A stretch of DNA of 15,394 bases, taken from IMG/VR virus record IMGVR_UViG_2526164633_000052; one strand, written 5' to 3'. Source of the DNA: a virus (Duplodnaviria; Heunggongvirae; Uroviricota; Caudoviricetes). Of the stretch, positions 1-7,332 are shown piece after piece. Every line of letters starts with the position of its first letter. The stretch's first letter is position 1. The notes under the pieces are model-generated. The model worked only from the letters and a program-made list of their open reading frames with translations. It did no database searches and was not told where the DNA came from. Made by a program: the position numbers and the translations under genes.

Positions 1-504
1 TTATTGATAGTGTTTTATGTTCAGATAATGCCCGATGACTTTGTCATGCAGCTCCACCGATTTTGAGAACGACAGCGACTTCCGTCCCAGCCGTGCCAGG
101 TGCTGCCTCAGATTCAGGTTATGCCGCTCAATTCGCTGCGTATATCGCTTGCTGATTACGTGCAGCTTTCCCTTCAGGCGGGATTCATACAGCGGCCAGC
201 CATCCGTCATCCATATCACCACGTCAAAGGGTGACAGCAGGCTCATAAGACGCCCCAGCGTCGCCATAGTGCGTTCACCGAATACGTGCGCAACAACCGT
301 CTTCCGGAGCCTGTCATACGCGTAAAACAGCCAGCGCTGGCGCGATTTAGCCCCGACATAGCCCCACTGTTCGTCCATTTCCGCGCAGACGATGACGTCA
401 CTGCCCGGCTGTATGCGCGAGGTTACCGACTGCGGCCTGAGTTTTTTAAGTGACGTAAAATCGTGTTGAGGCCAACGCCCATAATGCGGGCAGTTGCCCG
501 GCAT
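1..504 (-). CDS. insB: IS1 transposase InsB (B frame of the InsAB' frameshift transposase)
   Basis: 167-aa translation [16 protein letters not shown]...HYLNIKHYQ matches IS1 InsB as I remember it; overlaps insA in a different frame as in IS1. Confidence 0.85.
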   Translation of the reverse strand: MPGNCPHYGRWPQHDFTSLKKLRPQSVTSRIQPGSDVIVCAEMDEQWGYVGAKSRQRWLFYAYDRLRKTVVAHVFGERTMATLGRLMSLLSPFDVVIWMTDGWPLYESRLKGKLHVISKRYTQRIERHNLNLRQHLARLGRKSLSFSKSVELHDKVIGHYLNIKHYQ

Positions 505-698
505 CCAACGCCATTCATGGCCATATCAATGATTTTCTGGTGCGTACCGGGTTGAGAAGCGGTGTAAGTGAACTGCAGTTGCCATGTTTTACGGCAGTGA
601 GAGCAGAGATAGCGCTGATGTCCGGCGATGCTTTTGCCGTTACGCACCACCCCGTCAGTAGCTGAACAGGAGGGACAGCTGATAGAAACAGAAGCCAC
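423..698 (-). CDS. insA: IS1 InsA (transposition inhibitor / N-terminal part of InsAB')
   Basis: 91-aa translation [23 protein letters not shown]...LKNSGRSR with zinc-finger CxxC...CxxC; canonical IS1 InsA size. Confidence 0.9.
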   Translation of the reverse strand: MASVSISCPSCSATDGVVRNGKSIAGHQRYLCSHCRKTWQLQFTYTASQPGTHQKIIDMAMNGVGCRATARIMGVGLNTILRHLKNSGRSR

Positions 699-753
699 TG
701 GAGCACCTCAAAAACACCATCATACACTAAATCAGTAAGTTGGCAGCATCACC

Positions 754-1367
754 TCGCGATTAATAGTATATGTAATCCTGGGGATAATAAAGATGCGACT
801 CCCATTGAACAATGTACTTTTGATGTAGAAACTAAGAATGGCCTTCCCTCCACGGTTCAGCTATTTTATGAGGAATCTAAGGATAATGAACCTTTAGCGA
901 ATATACATTTTCAAGCAATAGGTTCTGGTTTTTTAACGTTTGTTAATGCCTGCCAGGAACATGATGACAACAGCTTAAAATTATTTGCTTCGCTGTTAAT
1001 TTCACTTTCATATTCTAGTGCCTACGCAGATTTATCAGAAACAGTGTATATTAATGAAAATAATGAGAGCTACCTGAAAGCTCAGTTTGAAAAATTATCT
1101 CAACGTGATATGAAGAAGTACCTGGGAGAGATGAAGCGTCTGGCTGATGGGGGAGAAATGAATTTTGATGGCTATCTGGATAAGATGTCACATCTGGTGA
1201 ATGAAGGAACGCTCGATCCTGATATTTTAAGCAAAATGAGAGATGCTGCACCACAATTAATTAGCTTCGCGAAGTCGTTTGACCCAACCTCAAAGGAAGA
1301 GATTAAAATACTTACAGACACTTCTAAATTAATTTATGATTTGTTCGGGGTTAAATCGGAGAAATAA
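754..1367 (+). pseudogene. 3' remnant (about 204 codons) of an AT-rich ORF of unknown function, interrupted by the IS1 insertion
   Basis: Hand translation shows the frame of ORF 1044-1367 stays open without stops back to the IS1 junction at 754; strongly AT-rich by eye; no family recognised. Confidence 0.55.
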
Positions 1368-1404
1368 TATGTGAAGTTCTTCGATAGTATGGAAGGCATT
1401 ATAT

Positions 1405-1439
1405 AAAAGGACCCAATATTTATTGGGTTCTTTTTTCTC
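1405..1439 (+). terminator. Rho-independent terminator-like hairpin after the IS1-disrupted ORF
   Basis: Stem acccaat/attgggt (1411-1428) followed by tcttttttctc; A-run upstream makes it potentially bidirectional. Confidence 0.5.
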
Positions 1440-1954
1440 TATCAATGCTATTAGCAGGGAGATATATCACCAGAGTTTAATGTGTGATTTTTTATTTATC
1501 GTCGAACCTGGATTGTTTATCATTGGCCTTAACAAAGTTAACGGCTAATAAGATTATTTCCATCACTTCGTGAGAGCTTCATGCCTTGAGAGGATCTCAA
1601 TTTTCTTTTGCAATGAGACAGGCGCTTCCTGTTGTTATGGTATAGTACCCCGCTATTGAGCCTCCTGAATAGTGATGCTGAATAACATAACCCCATGATA
1701 TATCGATAAAATAATCTCTACATTTGAAAATGCACGGTAATTCTGAAATGCAAAAAATCAACCAAACCAGCGCAATGCCTGAAAAAACTGACGTTCACTG
1801 GAGTGGTCGGTTTAGCGTTGCACCAATGCTCGATAGGATGTACCGTTTTTGAAAAACAACTAGTTATACACTTTGTGGGAGCCTATTGGGAACCTGAAGT
1901 TTTGCTCTTTCTATTCATATCTATTCATAAAGCACCATTTGCTGCCTTATCTGA

Positions 1955-1983
1955 TTGACCAAAAACAACCGCGGTTATAGACT
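1955..1983 (+). promoter_or_regulatory. Candidate sigma70 promoter for the 2037-3027 cassette, followed by a short inverted repeat (ctaag...cttag, about 1997-2015) that could be an autoregulatory operator
   Basis: TTGACC, 17-bp spacer, TAGACT; GAGG ribosome-binding site 5 nt before ATG 2037. Confidence 0.3.
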
Positions 1984-2036
1984 TTGCTCCAAATAGCTAA
2001 GGCTATTGCTTAGTAAGTAAAACAGTTGAGGTTGCC

Positions 2037-2576
2037 ATGAATCCGTTTAACGCCATTACTTTTGCTGCATTGTGCGGGCCTCTGGCTTGTCCTGCTGCTA
2101 TGGCGCAGGAGTTCATCATCCAGCCAGCCCCTGTGATTGCTAAACCTTTTGAGTACTCTCCTTCTGTTGAGGAATTCTCACGCAAAATGGAAGAGGGTAA
2201 GGAGATCTTGCAAAAGTTAACAATTGCAGCAGATGACTACTATATCTGTTTGATTGATCTTAATAGCCAAGATGCTCGCGAGTTTGTTTCCAAAAACGGG
2301 ACAGATACGACAGAGGCATGCGAAATGTTCCTGCGTGCTTTTGAAGAAGAAGTGAAGCGTACAATTGAATCGCCTCTGCCTGAATTTATCAGGTCAGAAC
2401 TGAAGGTTTACTGGCGTCATATTGCTAAAGCTCGCTCATCTGTCACTCGCCTTAACAATTACATAAAGAGCATATTTAAAGAAACTGTTACTTTTAGCGG
2501 GCGCGCGGATCTTGCTGGAATTGCAGCACTAGCTAGTCACACATCAAATAAGCTAAAATCGATGCAATTTCACTAA
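2037..2576 (+). CDS. Hypothetical 179-aa protein, upstream partner of the YafO-like toxin (candidate non-canonical antitoxin); N-terminus hydrophobic and signal-peptide-like
   Basis: Good RBS (GAGG) before ATG 2037; 16-bp gap to downstream toxin ORF; no recognisable HTH/RHH or Phd/YefM features; alternative internal start at Met51 (2187). Confidence 0.5.
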   Translation: MNPFNAITFAALCGPLACPAAMAQEFIIQPAPVIAKPFEYSPSVEEFSRKMEEGKEILQKLTIAADDYYICLIDLNSQDAREFVSKNGTDTTEACEMFLRAFEEEVKRTIESPLPEFIRSELKVYWRHIAKARSSVTRLNNYIKSIFKETVTFSGRADLAGIAALASHTSNKLKSMQFH

Positions 2577-2592
2577 CCGATAGCGGACGACC

Positions 2593-3027
2593 ATGCATCT
2601 AGAAGTCTCTATTAATCCAGAAACTAGAGCTGAATTTTTTGATGAAGTTTTTCTCAAATTCCCGGAGCTAGAGTCTTCTATCATTGATGATTTCAAGAGA
2701 TACAAAGCAACCGGTGAGCTTCCGCATTATTTCGGTAGGGACGTTGCGTATACTCAGCCTTATGGTGCTTTTCGGGCTGGGTTGATGCATATCCATCTTT
2801 GTCTACCGCCAAACAAGTTTCCCGAGAAACTTCCACAACCGGATAGGGTCTGCAAGAAAGGTGATCCTGATAATGATGCTTGTCTTGTGTATGTCCAAGG
2901 TGAGCTTTATGAGAATAAATATTCACTCATTGCTATTATGTATCCCGATGCACATGAAAAAGCAAGAAAACATGATGTGATGAGCTATCTGGCGCGAATT
3001 GCCCAGAATTATAAAGATGAAAACTAA
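2593..3027 (+). CDS. YafO-family type II toxin (ribosome-dependent mRNA interferase family)
   Basis: By-eye alignment to E. coli YafO as recalled: YKxxGxLPxxFGRDxxY, HIHL, LVYxQG, LIAIxxPxxHxxAR motifs in the same order and spacing; 144 aa. Confidence 0.7.
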   Translation: MHLEVSINPETRAEFFDEVFLKFPELESSIIDDFKRYKATGELPHYFGRDVAYTQPYGAFRAGLMHIHLCLPPNKFPEKLPQPDRVCKKGDPDNDACLVYVQGELYENKYSLIAIMYPDAHEKARKHDVMSYLARIAQNYKDEN

Positions 3028-3048
3028 CCCGCCGAAGCGGGTTTTTTG
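3027..3048. terminator. Intrinsic terminator between the convergent toxin gene and the PrtN-like gene
   Basis: Stem acccgc/gcgggt with cgaa loop followed by tttttt on the plus strand; A/T-rich on the other side as well. Confidence 0.55.
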
Positions 3049-3053
3049 TGAGA

Positions 3054-3326
3054 TTAGTTATTTATTTTCCTATTTGTTCTTACCCTCTCCCATTCAATTC
3101 TGCCTTCTTCACGCCGTTTATCTATATATTCAGCAAGATCCTGAATGTTGATGCAGCGCTTTGCTTTCTGTGATGTACCAACACGATAAGTCGGGATCGG
3201 CAACTGGCATGCATTTGCTTTCGCTTCTGCTGTGTTAGGGCTCATACCGAAATACTTTTGGCATACAGCTGACAGCTCAATGTTTGGGGTATTGAATTCA
3301 GCCATCAGTAAAAACAAGGTGTTCAT
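3054..3326 (-). CDS. PrtN-family / excisionase-like small DNA-binding protein
   Basis: Translation from Met at 3326 (MNTLFLLMAEFNTPNIELSAVCQKYFG...) resembles the pyocin-activator PrtN family; GGAG RBS 6 nt upstream of that ATG; the ORF is open further upstream to GTG 3353. Confidence 0.65.
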   Translation of the reverse strand: MNTLFLLMAEFNTPNIELSAVCQKYFGMSPNTAEAKANACQLPIPTYRVGTSQKAKRCINIQDLAEYIDKRREEGRIEWERVRTNRKINN

Positions 3327-3362
3327 AATTTTCTCCATCAAAACCGGCTGCACCCGGGAAAA

Positions 3363-3935
3363 TCATAATTCTGTGCTGGTGGCAGGAATTAATTTCTGCC
3401 AGATAGCGGAAACATATTTTGCCTGATGACGGGCATCAGCCAGGGCGTTGTGCCGGTCGCCATCGAAAGGCATGTCCATTTTGGGGTCGAATCCGATGGA
3501 ACGCCCAAGCGTAACGATCGTGCGTACATCGTGGTCATTCCAGTACGCCCACGGGCAGATTTGTCCTGCTCGCTCGTAAGCTCCACGTAAAATTACGTTG
3601 TCGAAGGTGGCCCCGTTACCCCAGACTTTTAAATATTTCGTATTGTCTGCGTGCCGGTTAATGAAATGATTTAGTTCTGAGAGAGCATCGCTGATCGACA
3701 AAGTATCATCAATACAGATTGCAGCTCGTGCTTCAGGGCTTTGTTTCAACCACCACAGGATGGTATCGCCGTCAGGTGTAGCTCCTTGCCCCATAGCACT
3801 TTCCAGGCTAACAACCGTATAGAATTCTTGTCCGATGTCTCCGGTTTCTGGAGTGAAGAACACCGCGCCAATGGAAACGATCGGTGCATCCTTATTTTTC
3901 CCCATCGTCTCAAGGTCGATCATTAAGTTGTTCAT
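3363..3935 (-). CDS. DEDDh-type 3'-5' exonuclease (DnaQ-like fold)
   Basis: Motifs MIDLET (Exo I), WGNGATFDNV (Exo II), HNALADA (Exo III with His); AGGAGG RBS 7 nt before ATG 3935; the start overlaps the stop of the upstream gene. Confidence 0.8.
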   Translation of the reverse strand: MNNLMIDLETMGKNKDAPIVSIGAVFFTPETGDIGQEFYTVVSLESAMGQGATPDGDTILWWLKQSPEARAAICIDDTLSISDALSELNHFINRHADNTKYLKVWGNGATFDNVILRGAYERAGQICPWAYWNDHDVRTIVTLGRSIGFDPKMDMPFDGDRHNALADARHQAKYVSAIWQKLIPATSTEL

Positions 3936-4486
3936 CACTTCACCTCCTGCGGCGGTTCCGGTAGCGGCATCCAGTGAGTTGCTTGCTCAATACCATTACC
4001 CGGCTTAATCGTTGCATCTCCGCGCCGAAAGGTGCTTCCGGTATAGCGTGCGGAGCATATTAGCGGTTCAACCAGAGAGCTATCGAAATTCACCGAAATA
4101 AGCACGTTCTGGCCCTTTTCAGGCATTCGATCACTACAGATTATCCAACTATCCGGAGTTCCCGGAGAGTTGCCATTTACATCGAAGTTTGGCTCTGCGT
4201 CCTGAACCAGGAGGATGTAACCATTCTTGGCTGTATCAAGTTCTAACGCCTCGGTGACGGTGCCGAAATAGCGATTACCTAAATCAGCATCACAAGTGCT
4301 TACATCAATGGAAACTTCCATGCCTTCGATTAATTCTGGCAAGTTGTAAGTTTGGCTTATAGGCTCTGCTTCCAGCGATGCCAGTGCAATTTCATAAGCA
4401 CGGCGCTCAATATTGTCTCGAACGTCCAGGCCGCCTATGCGCTCTTTGATTTCTTTAATCAGTTCTTTGTCGGTAAAAGTGGTCAT
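3935..4486 (-). CDS. DUF551-domain phage protein
   Basis: C-terminal WIICSDRMPEKGQNVL...HWMPLPEPP is the typical DUF551 signature; translationally coupled (ATGA overlaps) to both neighbours. Confidence 0.7.
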   Translation of the reverse strand: MTTFTDKELIKEIKERIGGLDVRDNIERRAYEIALASLEAEPISQTYNLPELIEGMEVSIDVSTCDADLGNRYFGTVTEALELDTAKNGYILLVQDAEPNFDVNGNSPGTPDSWIICSDRMPEKGQNVLISVNFDSSLVEPLICSARYTGSTFRRGDATIKPGNGIEQATHWMPLPEPPQEVK

Positions 4487-4848
4487 GCTGTAGCCCCTTC
4501 TTGATATTTTTCAAACCAGAACACAACCGGGTCAGATTTCATTTCAACCAATCCCATACGAACCAGCGCCTTGCCTTTCCCGGACGCAAGGAATTCACGA
4601 CGACCATCACTGATAATTCGCCGATAATCTTCCAGGCTACTGCAATGCTTGTGCAGATTGCATGGGTGGCATGCCGGAACCATGTTGGATATATCGTCAC
4701 GTTCCTGGTGAAGCATATTTCCAGCAAAACGAATGACCGGTTTTACATGGTCTGCATGCCACTTTTCGCCAAGTTCGCAGCCGCAATAAGCGCAGCGACC
4801 ACCGAACTTCATGCGCAGTTCTGCACGTTGTTTTTTCGTCAGTGCCAT
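4483..4848 (-). CDS. HNH endonuclease
   Basis: CAYCGCEL...WHADHVKP...VPACHPCNLHK: two Cys pairs plus the H-N-H core; start taken at ATG 4848 (MALTKK...) rather than the ORF-track upstream Met. Confidence 0.75.
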   Translation of the reverse strand: MALTKKQRAELRMKFGGRCAYCGCELGEKWHADHVKPVIRFAGNMLHQERDDISNMVPACHPCNLHKHCSSLEDYRRIISDGRREFLASGKGKALVRMGLVEMKSDPVVFWFEKYQEGATA

Positions 4849-4849
4849 A

Positions 4850-5068
4850 TCAGCTTTCCTTATATGGATTAATTTTATTGTGCAGTGTGTTGAACGACGC
4901 CCATACCACGTCGTTATACAATTCAATAACTGGCTCAATTATTTTCCCGATTGCCCATACCAGAATTAACGGGGATATCGGTATCATCAACACGATAAAC
5001 AGAATGAGAAACAAAAATTCTGTCGCTCTACTTCTTCGCGGATATTCTTTTCTGAATAATGTCGGCAT
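4850..5068 (-). CDS. Small single-pass membrane protein (72 aa)
   Basis: GGAGAG RBS 4-5 nt before ATG 5068; one clear transmembrane segment FLFLILFIVLMIPISPLILVWAIG. Confidence 0.45.
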   Translation of the reverse strand: MPTLFRKEYPRRSRATEFLFLILFIVLMIPISPLILVWAIGKIIEPVIELYNDVVWASFNTLHNKINPYKES

Positions 5069-5069
5069 A

Positions 5070-5261
5070 TCACTCTCCTTTAGTGCGCAAGTGGTTTTCC
5101 CAGCGGTTTTGCGCCGCGCTGGGCTTATCTTTGACTCCCTCTCTGGCAATTCCAGAATATAAGTACAACACCACACGGCGATTGCTAACTCTCAACCACT
5201 GGCAGGGATAGCAACGTCTGTATACACGGGAAATAAGCATCTTTGCTTTACGGTTTTTCAT
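5070..5261 (-). CDS. Small basic protein (63 aa), paralog of the next ORF
   Basis: Starts MKNRKAK; its ATG overlaps the stop of the upstream paralog; shares N-terminus and a diverged KP(S/T)A(A/S)QNR segment with ORF 5258-5434. Confidence 0.4.
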   Translation of the reverse strand: MKNRKAKMLISRVYRRCYPCQWLRVSNRRVVLYLYSGIAREGVKDKPSAAQNRWENHLRTKGE

Positions 5262-5434
5262 CTTACTGCGTACCCTTTCTTTCGCCTGTTCTGTGACGCT
5301 GTAGGCTTACGCTTTGCGGCAAAAGCCACCTGACCAAATGGATGGAGTACTGCTATCTTATGGTTGCTGATAACCAGCTCCACCACACGCACAGGTCGCT
5401 GTAAAAAAAGTCGTTTTGCTTTACGGTTTTTCAT
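5258..5434 (-). CDS. Small basic protein (58 aa, below the ORF-track cutoff), paralog of 5070-5261
   Basis: Hand translation MKNRKAKRLFLQRPVRVVELVISNHKIAVLHPFGQVAFAAKRKPTASQNRRKKGYAVR; AGGAG RBS 9 nt upstream; the first 20 nt are identical to the start of the downstream paralog. Confidence 0.35.
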   Translation of the reverse strand: MKNRKAKRLFLQRPVRVVELVISNHKIAVLHPFGQVAFAAKRKPTASQNRRKKGYAVR

Positions 5435-5606
5435 CGTTTTGCTCTCCTGCGTTTCTTTGCTGCACGTCGTGCAGCTGCAATACCGGTATGGCGGTGCTTT
5501 GGTGCCGGGATGATGTTGTCAGCCATCAGGACATGTGGCTTTGCAATTAGCGCAGAAGCCCAAAAACGAGTCGGGTACGGTAACAAGTCGATACATGCCA
5601 CACGCA

Positions 5607-6236
5607 TTACTCACCTTCTTTGATGCGAATGCCAGCGGCGCGTGGCACATTAACTTCCACGATGCGCACAGTTGGTTTGTACATCTCAATCGCTGTCAGC
5701 CAGTCAGCGCCGGTCATATGCTTTTCTGCATCGCCATTAGTCCATTGAACCGGCACACCAATAGCTTTCATCGCAATTTCTATTTCCCCGGCAATGGCGC
5801 TTTTCCCGCAACCAGTAAAACCAGAGACAACGACAAGAACTTCGCCTTTGGCTGGTTTTATTTCCCGTGCTTCCAGTTCTGCTATGCGCTTCTCTGCGGC
5901 TTCCAGCTTGGCTTCTGCATCTTTGGCTCGCATCTGCCAGTTGATAGCGATGTCGATAACGCTGTTAGCACAACTGGACTCGTTCTCTTCGGCAGCTTTA
6001 GCTTCAGAAAGCTCATCAAGCAATCCAAGAACAACAGTTGGCGTGGCGAGCGTGATAAAACGCATATTGCTCATATGCTCTTCATCGCTGACCTCATCTC
6101 CAGCCTCGACCGCTGCCATGTGCTGAACATAGCCGCTATCACAGGTATTCCAGATTGCCCCTGCCTCGTAACCCCATTCACCATGTAGTGCTTTTTCTGC
6201 CGCCTCACGCAGTGCCTGGTAATTAATTTCGCTCAC
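5607..6236 (-). CDS. Coiled-coil early protein, probably an Ea22-like mosaic-family member (from memory, unverified)
   Basis: GTG start with AGGAGG RBS; N-terminus SEINYQALREAAEKA and central KRIAELE coiled coil; overlaps the stop of the upstream gene. Confidence 0.6.
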   Translation of the reverse strand: MSEINYQALREAAEKALHGEWGYEAGAIWNTCDSGYVQHMAAVEAGDEVSDEEHMSNMRFITLATPTVVLGLLDELSEAKAAEENESSCANSVIDIAINWQMRAKDAEAKLEAAEKRIAELEAREIKPAKGEVLVVVSGFTGCGKSAIAGEIEIAMKAIGVPVQWTNGDAEKHMTGADWLTAIEMYKPTVRIVEVNVPRAAGIRIKEGE

Positions 6237-6913
6237 TGACAGCCTCCTTTGCGAAGCTCTGCAGCGAAATATACAGCTGCGGAAACAATAGCTGCATGTC
6301 GGTATTCACCATCAGAAAAGAGAGAATCTCCCTTAAGTGCATTGACGATACTCTGATGATTTTTTGCCAGCATCTCCACACCCTGCGCCCGTACTTCAGC
6401 CAGGAAAGCATCTGTAGCCGGGGTTTGCGGCATACCTCCGTCTGTTGCGCAGATATACGCATCAGATAGTTCATCCTGCTCGCCATCAAACACGTAGCAA
6501 CTCTGTGCGATAAATTTATTTAGCCCCGCATTCTCCGCCGCCAGCGCCGCGCAATTACCCTCCAGCTCTGCAATGCGCTGTTTTGCAGCATCAAGTTCAA
6601 TCGATAATTTTTCCAACTGCTCTTTATGCTTCTTGTATTCCTGATATGCGTGCCAGGACTGACCTTTGCGCACACTATCAGTAATATCAGTAATCTGTTC
6701 TGGTGTTAGCGTGGTCAGTGGCTGTGCTGGGAAAATCAGCACTTTCCCGGAATCCCAATCAAAACCAGCGTGAATTGACTGAACCTCAACTGAGGGTGTT
6801 GAACCAATGCTGCCAGGCGAATGAACAACGATCGTTACATCCATATCGCGACGATGGCTGTGGTTGTTGGACAAAATACGATTCACCAACTCAGAAAATT
6901 TGGAGAATTTCAT
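6233..6913 (-). CDS. Mosaic coiled-coil phage protein; C-terminal half paralogous to ORF 7329-7907
   Basis: Start taken at ATG 6913 (GAGG RBS 6 nt upstream); contains the 134-bp segment that is repeated in 7594-7727. Confidence 0.6.
   Translation of the reverse strand: MKFSKFSELVNRILSNNHSHRRDMDVTIVVHSPGSIGSTPSVEVQSIHAGFDWDSGKVLIFPAQPLTTLTPEQITDITDSVRKGQSWHAYQEYKKHKEQLEKLSIELDAAKQRIAELEGNCAALAAENAGLNKFIAQSCYVFDGEQDELSDAYICATDGGMPQTPATDAFLAEVRAQGVEMLAKNHQSIVNALKGDSLFSDGEYRHAAIVSAAVYFAAELRKGGCQ
6420..6553. repeat. Copy A of an approximately 134-bp near-identical direct repeat (copy B at 7594-7727)
   Basis: Direct comparison of the two stretches: only a handful of mismatches over about 134 bp; both copies are inside coding sequence and encode ...CAALAAENAGLNKFIAQSCYVFDGEQDELSDAYICA... 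Confidence 0.8.
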
Positions 6914-6921
6914 GCGGAGCC

Positions 6922-7332
6922 TCAATATGCAAAATAGACCGTTGCCACGCCGTTATAGTGATCAAACGATACGGCGTTTACTTCATAGCTGGCAGGGAGC
7001 TTCGAGCCGAGAACATATCCGGGCCACGTTTTCCATGGAATTTCTCTACTCTCACTACCCCCATATACCGTACATCCAAGTGAACCTACAGCCTCGTCAG
7101 AACGTTTGCCGCATGTTATGAAACCTATATTTTTCTTGCTGGTCTTAATGGCGATTGGGTGAACACTGGCTGATGCATTGGCAGCACGCTGTGACTGTTG
7201 GTTTGCGATATTCGCAGAGTTCGCAGCAGCTACAGCAGCCATGGTCGCGGCGGTAGATGCCACAATAACTGCTGAAGCCTGCGCCTGTTGGGTAATGGTC
7301 AGCAATGCCGCCACAAAAATCATCTTCTTCAC
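6922..7332 (-). CDS. Secreted or periplasmic protein with N-terminal signal peptide (136 aa), function unknown
   Basis: GTG start with GGAG RBS 7 nt upstream; MKKMIFVAALLTITQQAQA has the n/h/c regions and an AxA cleavage motif of a Sec signal peptide; Ala/Ser/Asn-rich mature N-terminus. Confidence 0.6.
   Translation of the reverse strand: MKKMIFVAALLTITQQAQASAVIVASTAATMAAVAAANSANIANQQSQRAANASASVHPIAIKTSKKNIGFITCGKRSDEAVGSLGCTVYGGSESREIPWKTWPGYVLGSKLPASYEVNAVSFDHYNGVATVYFAY

Larger units (their letters stand above)
1..753 (-). mobile_element. IS1 insertion sequence, nearly complete; window begins a few bp inside its right end and the left terminal inverted repeat ends at 753
   Basis: 731-753 is the reverse complement of the IS1 terminal repeat GGTGATGCTGCCAACTTACTGAT; both IS1 ORFs (insA, insB) are present on the minus strand in canonical overlapping arrangement. 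Confidence 0.9.

Noticed and set aside
35-325. 96-aa plus-strand ORF inside IS1
   Set aside because: Lies entirely antisense to insB within a well-known element; Cys/Arg/Ser-rich composition; standard shadow ORF.
515-727. 70-aa minus-strand ORF overlapping insA in another frame
   Set aside because: Alternative frame of the IS1 insA region; not a known IS1 product.
1368-2036. Possible tRNA, small RNA or att site in the long AT-rich intergenic region
   Set aside because: No cloverleaf-compatible sequence or tRNA-like conserved boxes could be recognised by eye; only a short direct repeat (ctattcata twice, 1911-1929) and a candidate promoter were seen, so no RNA gene is claimed.
4501-6188. Several plus-strand ORFs (4501-4872, 4842-5162, 5535-6188, 5794-6126) within the leftward operon
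   Set aside because: All are antisense to better-supported minus-strand genes with RBSs and translational coupling; low-complexity Ser/Ala/Leu-rich translations typical of shadow frames.
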